In this document: positions 49,695 to 58,607 of the stretch, piece by piece
Layout: each line of letters starts with the position of its first letter
Numbering within the stretch: the first letter of the stretch is position 1
Assembly: GCA_024239035.1 (NCBI GenBank)
Contig: JANBVK010000001.1
Span: 338,115 to 402,114 of the forward strand
Direction of reading: 5' to 3'
Length of the DNA stretch: 64,000 bases
Source of the DNA: Patescibacteria group bacterium
GTDB lineage: Bacteria > Patescibacteriota > Minisyncoccia > UBA6257 > GWB1-50-10
The notes under the pieces: model-generated
The model's database searches: none
What the model saw: the letters and a program-made list of their open reading frames with translations, nothing else
What the model was told of the DNA's origin: nothing
Program-made: the position numbers and the translations under genes

Positions 49695-51430
49695 TTTTTT
49701 AATATAGATAACATTTCATTAACCGGTCTTGTATTAATAACGTCCTTCTTTGATGCCCAACCGCGTCTCGCCTGAGCAATGCCATATTCCAAATATCCGA
49801 AGTGTTGCGGGGCATGGGCATCAGAATCAATCGCTACCTTTACCCCTACCTCCATACACCTCCGGACGTACTCAGCTTTCAAATCCAGCCGATCAGGATA
49901 CGCATCAATTTCCAAAACAGTTCCGGTGCGCTTAGCGGTTTTTATAATCTCTTCCATGTCTACTTCGTATGCATCGCGCCTTTGAATAATACGCCCCGTA
50001 GGATGAAACAGGATATCTACGTAAGGGTTACTGATAGCGCGTTTGATACGCTCAGTTTGCTCCCCGTAAGAGAGATTAAAATGAGAGTGGACTGCAACTC
50101 CTACCACATCAAGTTTGGCTAGAATCTTATCCGGTAAATCCAAACTCCCATCTTTCAAGATATCACATTCCGTACTTTTCAAAACCTTGAATTTGCCCCG
50201 CAATTTTCTATTCACCGCATCAATCTCTTTCCACTGTCTCTTGATTCGTTTCTCATCTAAACCATTGGTCATCGCGAGTCGCTTCGTGTGATCTGTAACG
50301 GCAATATACTTCAACCCCTTATCCATTGCAACCCTTGCCATCGCCTCAATAGAAGCATTGCCGTCAGTCCAATTCGTCTGCACTTGCAAGTCCCCCTTTA
50401 GGTCTTTGTAACCAACAAGTTTCGGCAGCCCGCCGGGTTTACCCTGAGCCTGTCGAAGGGCAGCCTCAATCTCGCCAAGGTTCTCACGCATTTCAGGTTC
50501 TATATAGTCCAACCCAAGTGCTTTGTAGATCCCTTCTTCTGTTTCACCGGCAATTTGTTTTTTTCCTCTAAACAATCCATACTCATTTAGTTTATATCCT
50601 TTTTTAATAGCGATTTCTCGAAGCGCAACGTTATGGTCCTTAGATCCGGTAAAATAATTTAATGCCGCACCATACGACCTCTTTTGGACCACTCTTAAAT
50701 CAACATCCAAGCCGTTTTTTAATTTCACTGCTCCCTTAGTATTACCCTTAGCATAAACACGCACCACCCCCGACATTGAAACAAAATAATCAATAACGGA
50801 TTTTGGATTTTTAGCAATCGCTAAAATATCAATATCACCAATAGTTTCCTTGCGGCGGCGAACCGACCCCGCCACCACAACCTTCTCCGTCGCTCTTAAA
50901 TCTCTAAGACGGCTCTCGATCTCTTTAATAAGTGGTTCGGTAAAACCCAAAACAAACCGGCCACCCGAACGCTTTAAAAACCCTATCCCTTTTAAAATAT
51001 TTTCTTCGCTTTTTCTACCAAATCCTTCCAGATCTCTAATTTTTCCTTTCTGAGCCGCTTTCTCTAAATCTTTTAAACTCTTAATCTTAAGTTTCTTGTA
51101 AAGCTTCAAAACCTGTTTCGGACCCAAGCCCTCTACTTTGGTTAAAGCGTGAACATCAACTGGAGTTTTCTTTTTAAGGGTTTCATAGTACTTTAAACGG
51201 CCTGTCTTGATAAGCTCCTCAATTTTCTCGGCAATAGAAATACCCACTCCGGGAATGTCTTCTAGTTCTTTCAACCCACCCCTTTTATAGATATCGCTAA
51301 CTCCCTCCTCAAGCCCCTCTATAACGTCTGCTACCTTTTCATAAGCACGCGGTTTAAATGCCACTTCCTCCATTTCCAGGTACTCACTAATGCTTCTTAG
51401 GATTTTTGCAACCTCCTCGTTACTTATCAT
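49691..51430 (-). CDS. polX: DNA polymerase X with PHP domain
   Basis: AGSVRR.KETIGDIDIL, YFTGSKDHN, C-terminal PHP (TDH, HPTGR, SDAH). Confidence 0.93.
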   Translation of the reverse strand: MISNEEVAKILRSISEYLEMEEVAFKPRAYEKVADVIEGLEEGVSDIYKRGGLKELEDIPGVGISIAEKIEELIKTGRLKYYETLKKKTPVDVHALTKVEGLGPKQVLKLYKKLKIKSLKDLEKAAQKGKIRDLEGFGRKSEENILKGIGFLKRSGGRFVLGFTEPLIKEIESRLRDLRATEKVVVAGSVRRRKETIGDIDILAIAKNPKSVIDYFVSMSGVVRVYAKGNTKGAVKLKNGLDVDLRVVQKRSYGAALNYFTGSKDHNVALREIAIKKGYKLNEYGLFRGKKQIAGETEEGIYKALGLDYIEPEMRENLGEIEAALRQAQGKPGGLPKLVGYKDLKGDLQVQTNWTDGNASIEAMARVAMDKGLKYIAVTDHTKRLAMTNGLDEKRIKRQWKEIDAVNRKLRGKFKVLKSTECDILKDGSLDLPDKILAKLDVVGVAVHSHFNLSYGEQTERIKRAISNPYVDILFHPTGRIIQRRDAYEVDMEEIIKTAKRTGTVLEIDAYPDRLDLKAEYVRRCMEVGVKVAIDSDAHAPQHFGYLEYGIAQARRGWASKKDVINTRPVNEMLSILKK

Positions 51431-51447
51431 ATTTTCTACTATCCTTT

Positions 51448-53940
51448 TTACTCAACTATCCGAAACTCAAAATTACCATCCTCGAATGTAAGTTTAATTA
51501 TATTGCCTCGAGCAATCTCTTTTCGTAAAATTTTTTCGGCTAGAACACTCCTTATTTTTTCGGAGATAACCTGCCTCAACGGCCTTGCGCCAAAGACCGG
51601 GCTGTAACCTAATTCGGAAATCTTTCTCACGGCCGACTCATCAATAGTCAGTTCAATGCCATGAGTTTCCTGCAGAAGACTGGTAATTTCTTTAATTAAT
51701 ATGCCTGTGATAGTAAAAATCTCCTCCATATTGAGGTTACGAAACACAATCACGTCGGAAAAACGGTTAAGAAGCTCCGGTTTGAAATAATCAGTTAATT
51801 TTCTTTTCAGGTTTTCCCCAATCTCCTCAATACTTTTCTCTTTCTCAATCTCCGACTTAATGAAATTAGAGTGAGCATTGGAAGTAGCAATAATAACCGT
51901 ATTCTCAAATCCCACTGTCCGACCAAGACTGTCGGTTAAACGGCCGTCATCAAAAACCTGAAGAAAAAGATTCAAAATATCAGGATGAGCTTTCTCAAAT
52001 TCATCAAGTAAAACCAGACTGTAAGGTTTCTCTAAAATCGCGTCAGTTAGCGTCCCCGTCCTCTTACCGTCGGGTGTGCCGATAAAACGGAAGACACTCT
52101 GCTTATCTTGATATTCAGACATATCAAAACGCTCCATTAAATCTTTAGAGCCGAATTGGACTCTAGTTAGAATTTTAGCTAACTCTGTCTTACCAACGCC
52201 TGTCGGGCCTACAAAAAGAAAGGTGGCAATGGGACCACCGCGGCGGGAGAGCCCGCTCCTATATTCCCGGAGCGCTCGCGAGACCGCCTGCACTGCCGCC
52301 TCCTGATTAACAAGTCGCTCATGGATAATCTTCTCTAGATTTAGCAGTTTTTCCGTCTCCTCAGGCCCGGCTTTCTGAATTGGAATCTTACTCTGCTCTT
52401 CAGCCACCTTAACTACTATCTCTTCCTCTAAGGTTTTTAGGCTTTTCTGATTAGCTCTAGCGAGGGCCTGTTTTAACAGATCAACCGCACTACCGGGCAA
52501 AAGTTTGTCTCTAAAGTAACGATGAGCCAGAGAAACCGCCCTCCTTACCGCTCTAAAGGTTATGAAAACTTTAAATTCTCTCTCCAAAATGAGGCTGTTA
52601 TGAACAAGAAAACGCAGGGCCTCCGACTCGCTTATTTCGTGAACGTCCACAACCTCAAATTGATTTAGAAAATCCGATCTCGGTTCAATAAAGCGTTTAA
52701 ACTCTCGGGGATAAGTCTCGCCGATCATAGGAATCCCACCACTCTTTATAACCGGCAATAGAATATCCATGGCATTTAAAGAACGGCTTTGAGCCGTCCT
52801 AAACAAATCATGAATATTAGGAATGAAAAGAACAATATTCCCGGCCATAATAATCTCTTCAGTAATCTTCTGAAGCCGACCGGCCAAAACTTCAGGTGGA
52901 GCATCGGCCATTAAATCCGAAATCTCTAAAGAAACCAGACGTTTGTCAAAGAGAACTGATGGAACGTCATCTTTTACCATCTTAAAAGCCAGATGAGCAA
53001 TCATAGTTGACTTACCAGCACCGGGCTCACCAACAAGAAGAACATTTGGCTTCCCCGGCCTTGAGATAACGTTCAACATTGCTCTAAATTCCCTTTTATG
53101 CCCTATAAGGAACCCGATTTTCTCGGCTCTGGCTAAACTCGTCAGATCAACGCTAAACGAATCAAGAGTGGGCGTCGGCCGAGCAGTCCAGGCTCGGTTC
53201 ATAACCCGCCTTCTCAAAAATCTGGGCCGATGAGCAAACTCACCCAAAACAGAGGGTAGTCGATGAACCCGGGCAAAAAGTTTACGATAACGACCAAAGA
53301 CAACAACTTCCTCTAAATCAGTAACTGTTATATCAAAAAGCTCAAAAAGCTTAATAAGACTTGTGTCTTTCACCGAACACAGAGCCACAAAGATGTTACG
53401 AGGTTCAATAAATTTCTCACTAGTTCTTACCGCGTTCTGATGAGCAGATATAATCAACGTTTCAATCAAATCCAAAAGTTCTGCCCGCCTAAATTTCTTA
53501 ACCGGCTTTTCTAAATATTCCTCTATTTTTTGGATAAACTCCTCAGGTGAAACACTTAGCCTCCTAAAGGCCGCTTTAACGTCTCTCCGATAAATTAACT
53601 CTTTCAAGAGAACTAAATAAAAATTCTGGTTTATTAAAAGCGCCTTACGAAAAGCATAGTTTAGAACACGATAAGCAGCCGGTGTAATTGTTGAGGCTAG
53701 GTTGACTTTCTCGCCTTTAAGATTAGGTAAAGATCTCTCTGCCTCGCCAAAATGAATCAGCCGGTCAATTAAGAATAGAGTAAATAGCACTGCCAGCCAC
53801 CTCAAAGAAGAAACGTCGGAGAAAAGCAAAAGCAGGGTTACTGCGACAAGGACGATGTAGAAAGAGTAGGTAACCAACCTTACCAAGAATTCTCCTGGTT
53901 TCGTCAGGTAGAAACGTGGTTCTTTAAAATACAAAACCAT
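51448..53940 (-). CDS. Membrane-anchored Clp-family AAA+ protein
   Basis: Two N-terminal TM segments; GEPGAGKS with degenerate Walker B (FIPNIH); GPTGVGKT and LDEFEKAH intact. Confidence 0.85.
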   Translation of the reverse strand: MVLYFKEPRFYLTKPGEFLVRLVTYSFYIVLVAVTLLLLFSDVSSLRWLAVLFTLFLIDRLIHFGEAERSLPNLKGEKVNLASTITPAAYRVLNYAFRKALLINQNFYLVLLKELIYRRDVKAAFRRLSVSPEEFIQKIEEYLEKPVKKFRRAELLDLIETLIISAHQNAVRTSEKFIEPRNIFVALCSVKDTSLIKLFELFDITVTDLEEVVVFGRYRKLFARVHRLPSVLGEFAHRPRFLRRRVMNRAWTARPTPTLDSFSVDLTSLARAEKIGFLIGHKREFRAMLNVISRPGKPNVLLVGEPGAGKSTMIAHLAFKMVKDDVPSVLFDKRLVSLEISDLMADAPPEVLAGRLQKITEEIIMAGNIVLFIPNIHDLFRTAQSRSLNAMDILLPVIKSGGIPMIGETYPREFKRFIEPRSDFLNQFEVVDVHEISESEALRFLVHNSLILEREFKVFITFRAVRRAVSLAHRYFRDKLLPGSAVDLLKQALARANQKSLKTLEEEIVVKVAEEQSKIPIQKAGPEETEKLLNLEKIIHERLVNQEAAVQAVSRALREYRSGLSRRGGPIATFLFVGPTGVGKTELAKILTRVQFGSKDLMERFDMSEYQDKQSVFRFIGTPDGKRTGTLTDAILEKPYSLVLLDEFEKAHPDILNLFLQVFDDGRLTDSLGRTVGFENTVIIATSNAHSNFIKSEIEKEKSIEEIGENLKRKLTDYFKPELLNRFSDVIVFRNLNMEEIFTITGILIKEITSLLQETHGIELTIDESAVRKISELGYSPVFGARPLRQVISEKIRSVLAEKILRKEIARGNIIKLTFEDGNFEFRIVE

Positions 53941-54352
53941 TTCTAAAAATTAGAAAAATAAGGTAGGCGGGGATAAGGAGCCAAAGAAGATACAGACCAA
54001 TCGCAATTAAGAAGAGGATCCCGTAAACCACGCTTGCTATCGTTAATCTCCCCAAACGAAAGAGAAAACCTAAAATATAACCAATTGGAGAATAGTCTTT
54101 ATATAGCGGTTGAAAAAGATATTTTAAAGTTATCTTCCATGCTAAGTAATAATCAATTCTACTCAAAATATCCAAAACAAAATTTGAATATATCTTAACG
54201 CTCTTCACATACCAATGACGCAAGAACTCTATGGCCCTGTAAACAAACCTCTGCGCCAAGTAACCCAAGGCGAAATTCACCCCGTTAGAAATCCACCCTG
54301 CCTTTGGCACGGCGGCAGCCGCCTGGGGCGGCTTATTTCTAACGGGGTTCAT
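53924..54352 (-). CDS. Small membrane protein overlapping the Clp-like gene, with a palindrome insert at its N-terminus
   Basis: LFQPLYKDY.PIG motif; C-terminal TM segments. Confidence 0.75.
   Translation of the reverse strand: MNPVRNKPPQAAAAVPKAGWISNGVNFALGYLAQRFVYRAIEFLRHWYVKSVKIYSNFVLDILSRIDYYLAWKITLKYLFQPLYKDYSPIGYILGFLFRLGRLTIASVVYGILFLIAIGLYLLWLLIPAYLIFLIFRNGFVF
54279..54348. repeat. ACCCCGTTAGAAAT...ATTTCTAACGGGGT palindromic element, in frame in a CDS
   Basis: 14-bp perfect inverted arms enclosing GC-rich mini-hairpins. Confidence 0.85.
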
Positions 54353-54397
54353 ATCTTCATTATAGCGGAGAATATGATCACTGTTCTGAAAAGTGTA

Positions 54398-54426
54398 AGC
54401 CCCCGGAGATTCTCTTCCGGGGGCTC
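54398..54426 (-). terminator. Terminator hairpin
   Basis: agcccccgga-gattctct-tccgggggct. Confidence 0.7.
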
Positions 54427-54551
54427 AATACCGAATCAGTCGGTTCCTGGATGATGCTAGGGAGGCTTTCCGCTACGAGGTATCATAGTGCCCCTTCTTC
54501 GCGTTACGGGTTAAAATGAACTGCGACGACCCTGACGCTTACGCTCGGTGG

Positions 54552-54662
54552 TCAGTGGTCGGCGCCCTCCGGGGTGGCCTTCGTTGGCTTCGTGGTGGCC
54601 GTCTCCGTCGCCGCTGCTGTCGCTTCTTTCCTTCTCCTCCGGCAATGCTCCCTGTACCGCAT
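54552..54662 (-). CDS. Possible 36-aa peptide MRYREHCRRRRKEATAAATETATTKPTKATPEGADH
   Basis: GAGAGGT SD 5 nt before the ATG; lies in a GC-rich intergenic unit. Confidence 0.4.
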   Translation of the reverse strand: MRYREHCRRRRKEATAAATETATTKPTKATPEGADH

Positions 54663-54791
54663 GTTACACCTCTCTTGTGCAGGGTTGTGAGGTTGCACCT
54701 GGGCTTACATGGTCATCATCTAAAAACCACAAAGGGCTGTTATTAAAGTAAACTTATTCCCGGAATGAATCAACAAACGGGGTGTGGAAAA

Positions 54792-55412
54792 CTAGAACAG
54801 TGTGTCCTGTTGTGAAACAACATTTTCATCATCATCACTAATTACCTCTTCAGCCAGTGACTCGTGCTTCTCGATAATTAATGGGAGTCTTCGAAAACTC
54901 TCGGTGAGCGCATTAAGTGTTCCTGTCCCTCTTAATGCTGCGGCTGGGTGAAAAAGCGGCACAACAAACCATTTACCAACCTTGAATATCTTCCCCTGAT
55001 CACGGGTGATTTTTGCCTTCGGTAGAAAATAGTTCATGGCAAATCTACCCAGAGGAGCGACTATTTTCGGATTAATAATCTCGATTTGCCTTGCAAGATA
55101 GGGTTTGTACGCCTCAATTTCTTCAGGGGAGGGATCACGATTCCCCGGCGGACGGCGCTTTATTATATTAGTAATGTAGACTTCTTCGCGTTTCCATCCG
55201 ATGCCTACAATAAGCTTATCAAGGAGTTGTCCGGCCCGCCCCACAAATGGGCGTCTCAGCTGGTCCTCGTGGTAGCCGGGACCCTCCCCGATAAACATAA
55301 CTGCCGCATCAATACTCCCTTCTCCAAAAACTAAATTTGATTCCCGGAGCGGGAGCGAGGCATCGCTTCGCATTTCTTCTTCTAGTTTCTTAAGTTCCTC
55401 CTCTTTGCTCAT
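54792..55412 (-). CDS. Uracil-DNA glycosylase, family 4
   Basis: GEGPG, PFVGRAG, RPPGNRDP, FHPAAAL; start 55412 preferred (-10 box 7 nt upstream). Confidence 0.92.
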   Translation of the reverse strand: MSKEEELKKLEEEMRSDASLPLRESNLVFGEGSIDAAVMFIGEGPGYHEDQLRRPFVGRAGQLLDKLIVGIGWKREEVYITNIIKRRPPGNRDPSPEEIEAYKPYLARQIEIINPKIVAPLGRFAMNYFLPKAKITRDQGKIFKVGKWFVVPLFHPAAALRGTGTLNALTESFRRLPLIIEKHESLAEEVISDDDENVVSQQDTLF

Positions 55413-55465
55413 AAGCTCTATTATAGTCCACTTAATAAAGTAAAATCCGAGCCGCAGACACAGAC

Positions 55466-56395
55466 TCAAAAATATTGTATTTCTTCTTCTAGCTCAATCC
55501 CGAACTTTTTTTTAACCCTGCTCTTTAAAATTTGAGCAAGTTTTTTAACATCGGCCGCCGTACCCCTTCTCTTGTTAATAAATAGATTCCCGTGAAAATC
55601 AGCAATCTCAATGCCGCCCACACACATTCCCTTTGCTCCTACTTCCTCTAATAAGTAACCTGTGGGAATTTTACCTTCAATAATTTTAGACTTATCAATG
55701 CGCAGAAGAGTTTTCTTCGAGACGTCTCTCACGAGTACGTTCTTAAAGAAGCTGCCGGGGCATCGTAGATCAGGTTTGTATTTCTTAAGCCTTAATTTAA
55801 TAATGTCTCGTGAAACTTTTCTAAGTTTTTGCGGATTCCCTTTTCCGAATTTAAGCACAGTCTTCAGCAAAAGATATGGTTTCCCTTTAAAAACGCTCTC
55901 GCGATATTTAAATCGGCAGTCTTTGTTCATGAGCCACCGCCGTTTACCTTTACCTTGAGTTCCACCAGAGGGATCCCAAATCTCCACCTTCTCTACAACC
56001 TGAGAGATTGAGCGTCCATAAGCCCCGGCGTTACCGACAACCGCGCCGCCAACAGTCCCGGGAATCCCGGAGAGTGTCTCAAGGCCTTTTAGCCCCGACT
56101 CAATTGATCTCTTGATAACACTCGCCAAGGGCACGCTTGCATCAACGAACATCCTCAAGCCCTTAACCTCTAACTTCCCGCCACGAAGATGTATAAGCAA
56201 TCCATTAAGTTTTGCGTCAGGAAAAACAATGTTGCTTCCGCCCGCTAAAACTCTATACGGTATACTTCGCTGCCCTGCCCACTTAATTACCTCAATCAAA
56301 TCGTCCGATTTTTTTACTGAACAAAAATACTCAACCCTACCACCGATCCCGAAGGTACTAAGAGGTGCTAATGAAATATTTTTTCTAATCCTCAT
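55466..56395 (-). CDS. murB: UDP-N-acetylenolpyruvoylglucosamine reductase
   Basis: GGSN, GIPGTVGGAVVGNAGAYG, GSFFKN, HGN, LEEE. Confidence 0.94.
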   Translation of the reverse strand: MRIRKNISLAPLSTFGIGGRVEYFCSVKKSDDLIEVIKWAGQRSIPYRVLAGGSNIVFPDAKLNGLLIHLRGGKLEVKGLRMFVDASVPLASVIKRSIESGLKGLETLSGIPGTVGGAVVGNAGAYGRSISQVVEKVEIWDPSGGTQGKGKRRWLMNKDCRFKYRESVFKGKPYLLLKTVLKFGKGNPQKLRKVSRDIIKLRLKKYKPDLRCPGSFFKNVLVRDVSKKTLLRIDKSKIIEGKIPTGYLLEEVGAKGMCVGGIEIADFHGNLFINKRRGTAADVKKLAQILKSRVKKKFGIELEEEIQYF

Positions 56396-56397
56396 TG

Positions 56398-56469
56398 CGC
56401 CCTCGAGAGGAATCGAACCCCTACCTTAAGCTCCGGAAGCTCACATTCTATCCGTTAAACTACGAGGGC
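56398..56469 (-). tRNA. tRNA-Arg (CCG)
   Basis: Acceptor stem gccctcg/cgagggc; tgagc-ttCCGga-gctta. Confidence 0.94.
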
Positions 56470-56526
56470 TAAGAACCTACCTCCATAATAATTCCTTAGG
56501 TTCTTAATCCAAAATACCCTATAAAC

Positions 56527-57636
56527 TTAAAGAACGAAAGTAACCATGGCGTAGACAAGAGCCACTGAAAAAACTAGATATAAAGGCCAACTTACCCATC
56601 GCCAAGAAGCTTTCGGGAATGCTTTCCGCCACATCGAAATAACGAAGATTCCCTCAAGTCCCATAAAAACACCCCCAGTAAAATTGACTGCAGTTAAAAA
56701 ATTCTGAAATCCAACAAAGTAAAGCATGAGAGGTATAAGAAGGACAACTAAGGCACTCAGCCAACCCGGAGTTCTCAAGTCATCTTTTAACATCTCCCGA
56801 ACGTTCGCCCCGATCATAAAATAAGAAGTCCAAAGCGTTAAAAGACCCATAACACCCAGAAGCGTTAAAAGCTCAGACGATAAAAAACTCAAACTATTCA
56901 AGGCCTCCGGCGAAACATCACTGCTCAACCGCAGAATACCCACCACAAATAAGATATATACAATAACCGGAATAAACGTTCCTAAAAAAATGGCCTTACC
57001 TAAAGGAAAGCTCCTACCGTTACGCTTTGCTTCGCGGTATTCATCTACAACCTTCGGTACCGCTGACCTTGCTGCAAAGGCGAATAGTAGCGGACCAAAG
57101 GGTAAAAAAAACGAGGTTATATCTAACCCCTTAAAGAGCGGTACATCGAGCGGAGAAGTACCACCAACACCAAAAATAACAGCGACGATGGCTATAATAC
57201 CCAGCGCACCAAGAAATTCTGCCAAGCCCTGCCACGACAGCTTTACAAATATAAAAATGGAACCCACCGCCCAAAAGATAAATAAGGGAATAAGACCTGG
57301 GGCATCGGCGATTAGTTCAAAAAAAGTAGGAACTAGAATTAAATAGATAGTTAAAGTCAATAAAAGCCCGCCCAAAACGAGGAACGAGGCAAACCCAGAG
57401 AGGTATTTAGGCAAAAAGTTCTTAGCGAGATAAAAAAACCGATGTTCTTCCTTGCTCGTCTGTACAAGTTTTGCATACATTAAAAAAATAGCGAAATACA
57501 CAAATGCGAAGAAAACCAAATAAAAAAAGCCGCTCAGTAATCCCAGCTGGACAAAAACATACGGTAAGGAAAAAATACCCGCGCCAATAATTGTCCCCGC
57601 TAAAAAACCAGTTGCTAATAAAAAATTCCTGTTCAT
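56527..57636 (-). CDS. Aromatic amino acid/APC-type permease
   Basis: GTIIGAGIFSLP; about 11 TM segments. Confidence 0.85.
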   Translation of the reverse strand: MNRNFLLATGFLAGTIIGAGIFSLPYVFVQLGLLSGFFYLVFFAFVYFAIFLMYAKLVQTSKEEHRFFYLAKNFLPKYLSGFASFLVLGGLLLTLTIYLILVPTFFELIADAPGLIPLFIFWAVGSIFIFVKLSWQGLAEFLGALGIIAIVAVIFGVGGTSPLDVPLFKGLDITSFFLPFGPLLFAFAARSAVPKVVDEYREAKRNGRSFPLGKAIFLGTFIPVIVYILFVVGILRLSSDVSPEALNSLSFLSSELLTLLGVMGLLTLWTSYFMIGANVREMLKDDLRTPGWLSALVVLLIPLMLYFVGFQNFLTAVNFTGGVFMGLEGIFVISMWRKAFPKASWRWVSWPLYLVFSVALVYAMVTFVL

Positions 57637-57688
57637 ACGACAGTTCCTAAAAATAACAATTAAATTGCTAAAAATCTGTTAGACTGTT

Positions 57689-57967
57689 CTATTCAACAGC
57701 GTATACCTTATCTCCATCTCTAACCTTGTCATTCACTTTTATACCAACCTCCTGATTCTTCTTTGCTAATTCAACGTCTTTGTGGTCATACTGTATTGAT
57801 TGAATCGTCTCCTCAAAATCAGTTGTCGCGCCCTTAAAATGAATCCGCTCGCCAGGCTTGATAGTCTTATTAAACTTCACGATAGCAACTCCCAAACCTC
57901 CATAGTAGTGAGTCACCACGCCGATTGGTTTAGGTTCTTTAGATTTAGAACTAGAGAATAATCCCAT
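57689..57967 (-). CDS. Small translation-factor-like beta-barrel protein
   Basis: IGVVTHYY..LGVA, G.TTDF, VR.GDKVY. Confidence 0.75.
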   Translation of the reverse strand: MGLFSSSKSKEPKPIGVVTHYYGGLGVAIVKFNKTIKPGERIHFKGATTDFEETIQSIQYDHKDVELAKKNQEVGIKVNDKVRDGDKVYAVE

Positions 57968-57982
57968 ACTTTTAAAAACTTA

Positions 57983-58600
57983 CTAAAGTATTCGACCTTT
58001 AACGCCGTTTTTAGCCTCCTCCGCTTCAATTAAATCTAATAATTTATCCAGTAAATCCGCCGGATTTTTAGAAAAAACCACTTTACCAGATCCCCGATGA
58101 GCTCTGTTTATAATCTCCGGAATCATATCGGTTGTGCCGCCCAAACCCATAAGCACTCCCTGCGGCTTCGCATCCTCAAACGCATTGGTGAATTCATTCA
58201 AAGTTCCAATTCTCCCGCATAATGTAATAACAGCGTCGGCAGCTCTTGTTAGGAGTAAATTTCTCCCCGCGTATTCAAAACCAGTGTAGATAATCAAATC
58301 GTGATAATCAACTGGCAGATGGTAGGTTTTAATATGGGCGGCTTTAGAGGCAGCGGGTGAGAGTCCAATCACTATTCCCCCTTCTGCTTTAGCTCCTTTC
58401 GCAGACCAATAAGGCATCCCGGTGGTAGCGCCGGTTACCAAGACCAAACCGCGTTTGGCAATTTCTCGACCAACTTCTTCGGCCACCTTGTGAGCATCGG
58501 GAGCACAATGACCCGTCTCAGCTGCTCCGGAAACACAAATTTTATACTTTAACTTATGGCTATGATTATGGTTTTTGGGGGGAACAATTTTTCTCCGCAT
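57983..58600 (-). CDS. LOG/SLOG family nucleotide-binding protein
   Basis: LVTGATTG, RN, GRIGTLNE. Confidence 0.8.
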   Translation of the reverse strand: MRRKIVPPKNHNHSHKLKYKICVSGAAETGHCAPDAHKVAEEVGREIAKRGLVLVTGATTGMPYWSAKGAKAEGGIVIGLSPAASKAAHIKTYHLPVDYHDLIIYTGFEYAGRNLLLTRAADAVITLCGRIGTLNEFTNAFEDAKPQGVLMGLGGTTDMIPEIINRAHRGSGKVVFSKNPADLLDKLLDLIEAEEAKNGVKGRIL

Positions 58601-58607
58601 GTAATTA

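Noticed and set aside
54516-54751. Plus-strand 76-aa and 67-aa ORFs
   Set aside because: No SD or promoter support; the minus-strand reading has SDs and a downstream terminator.
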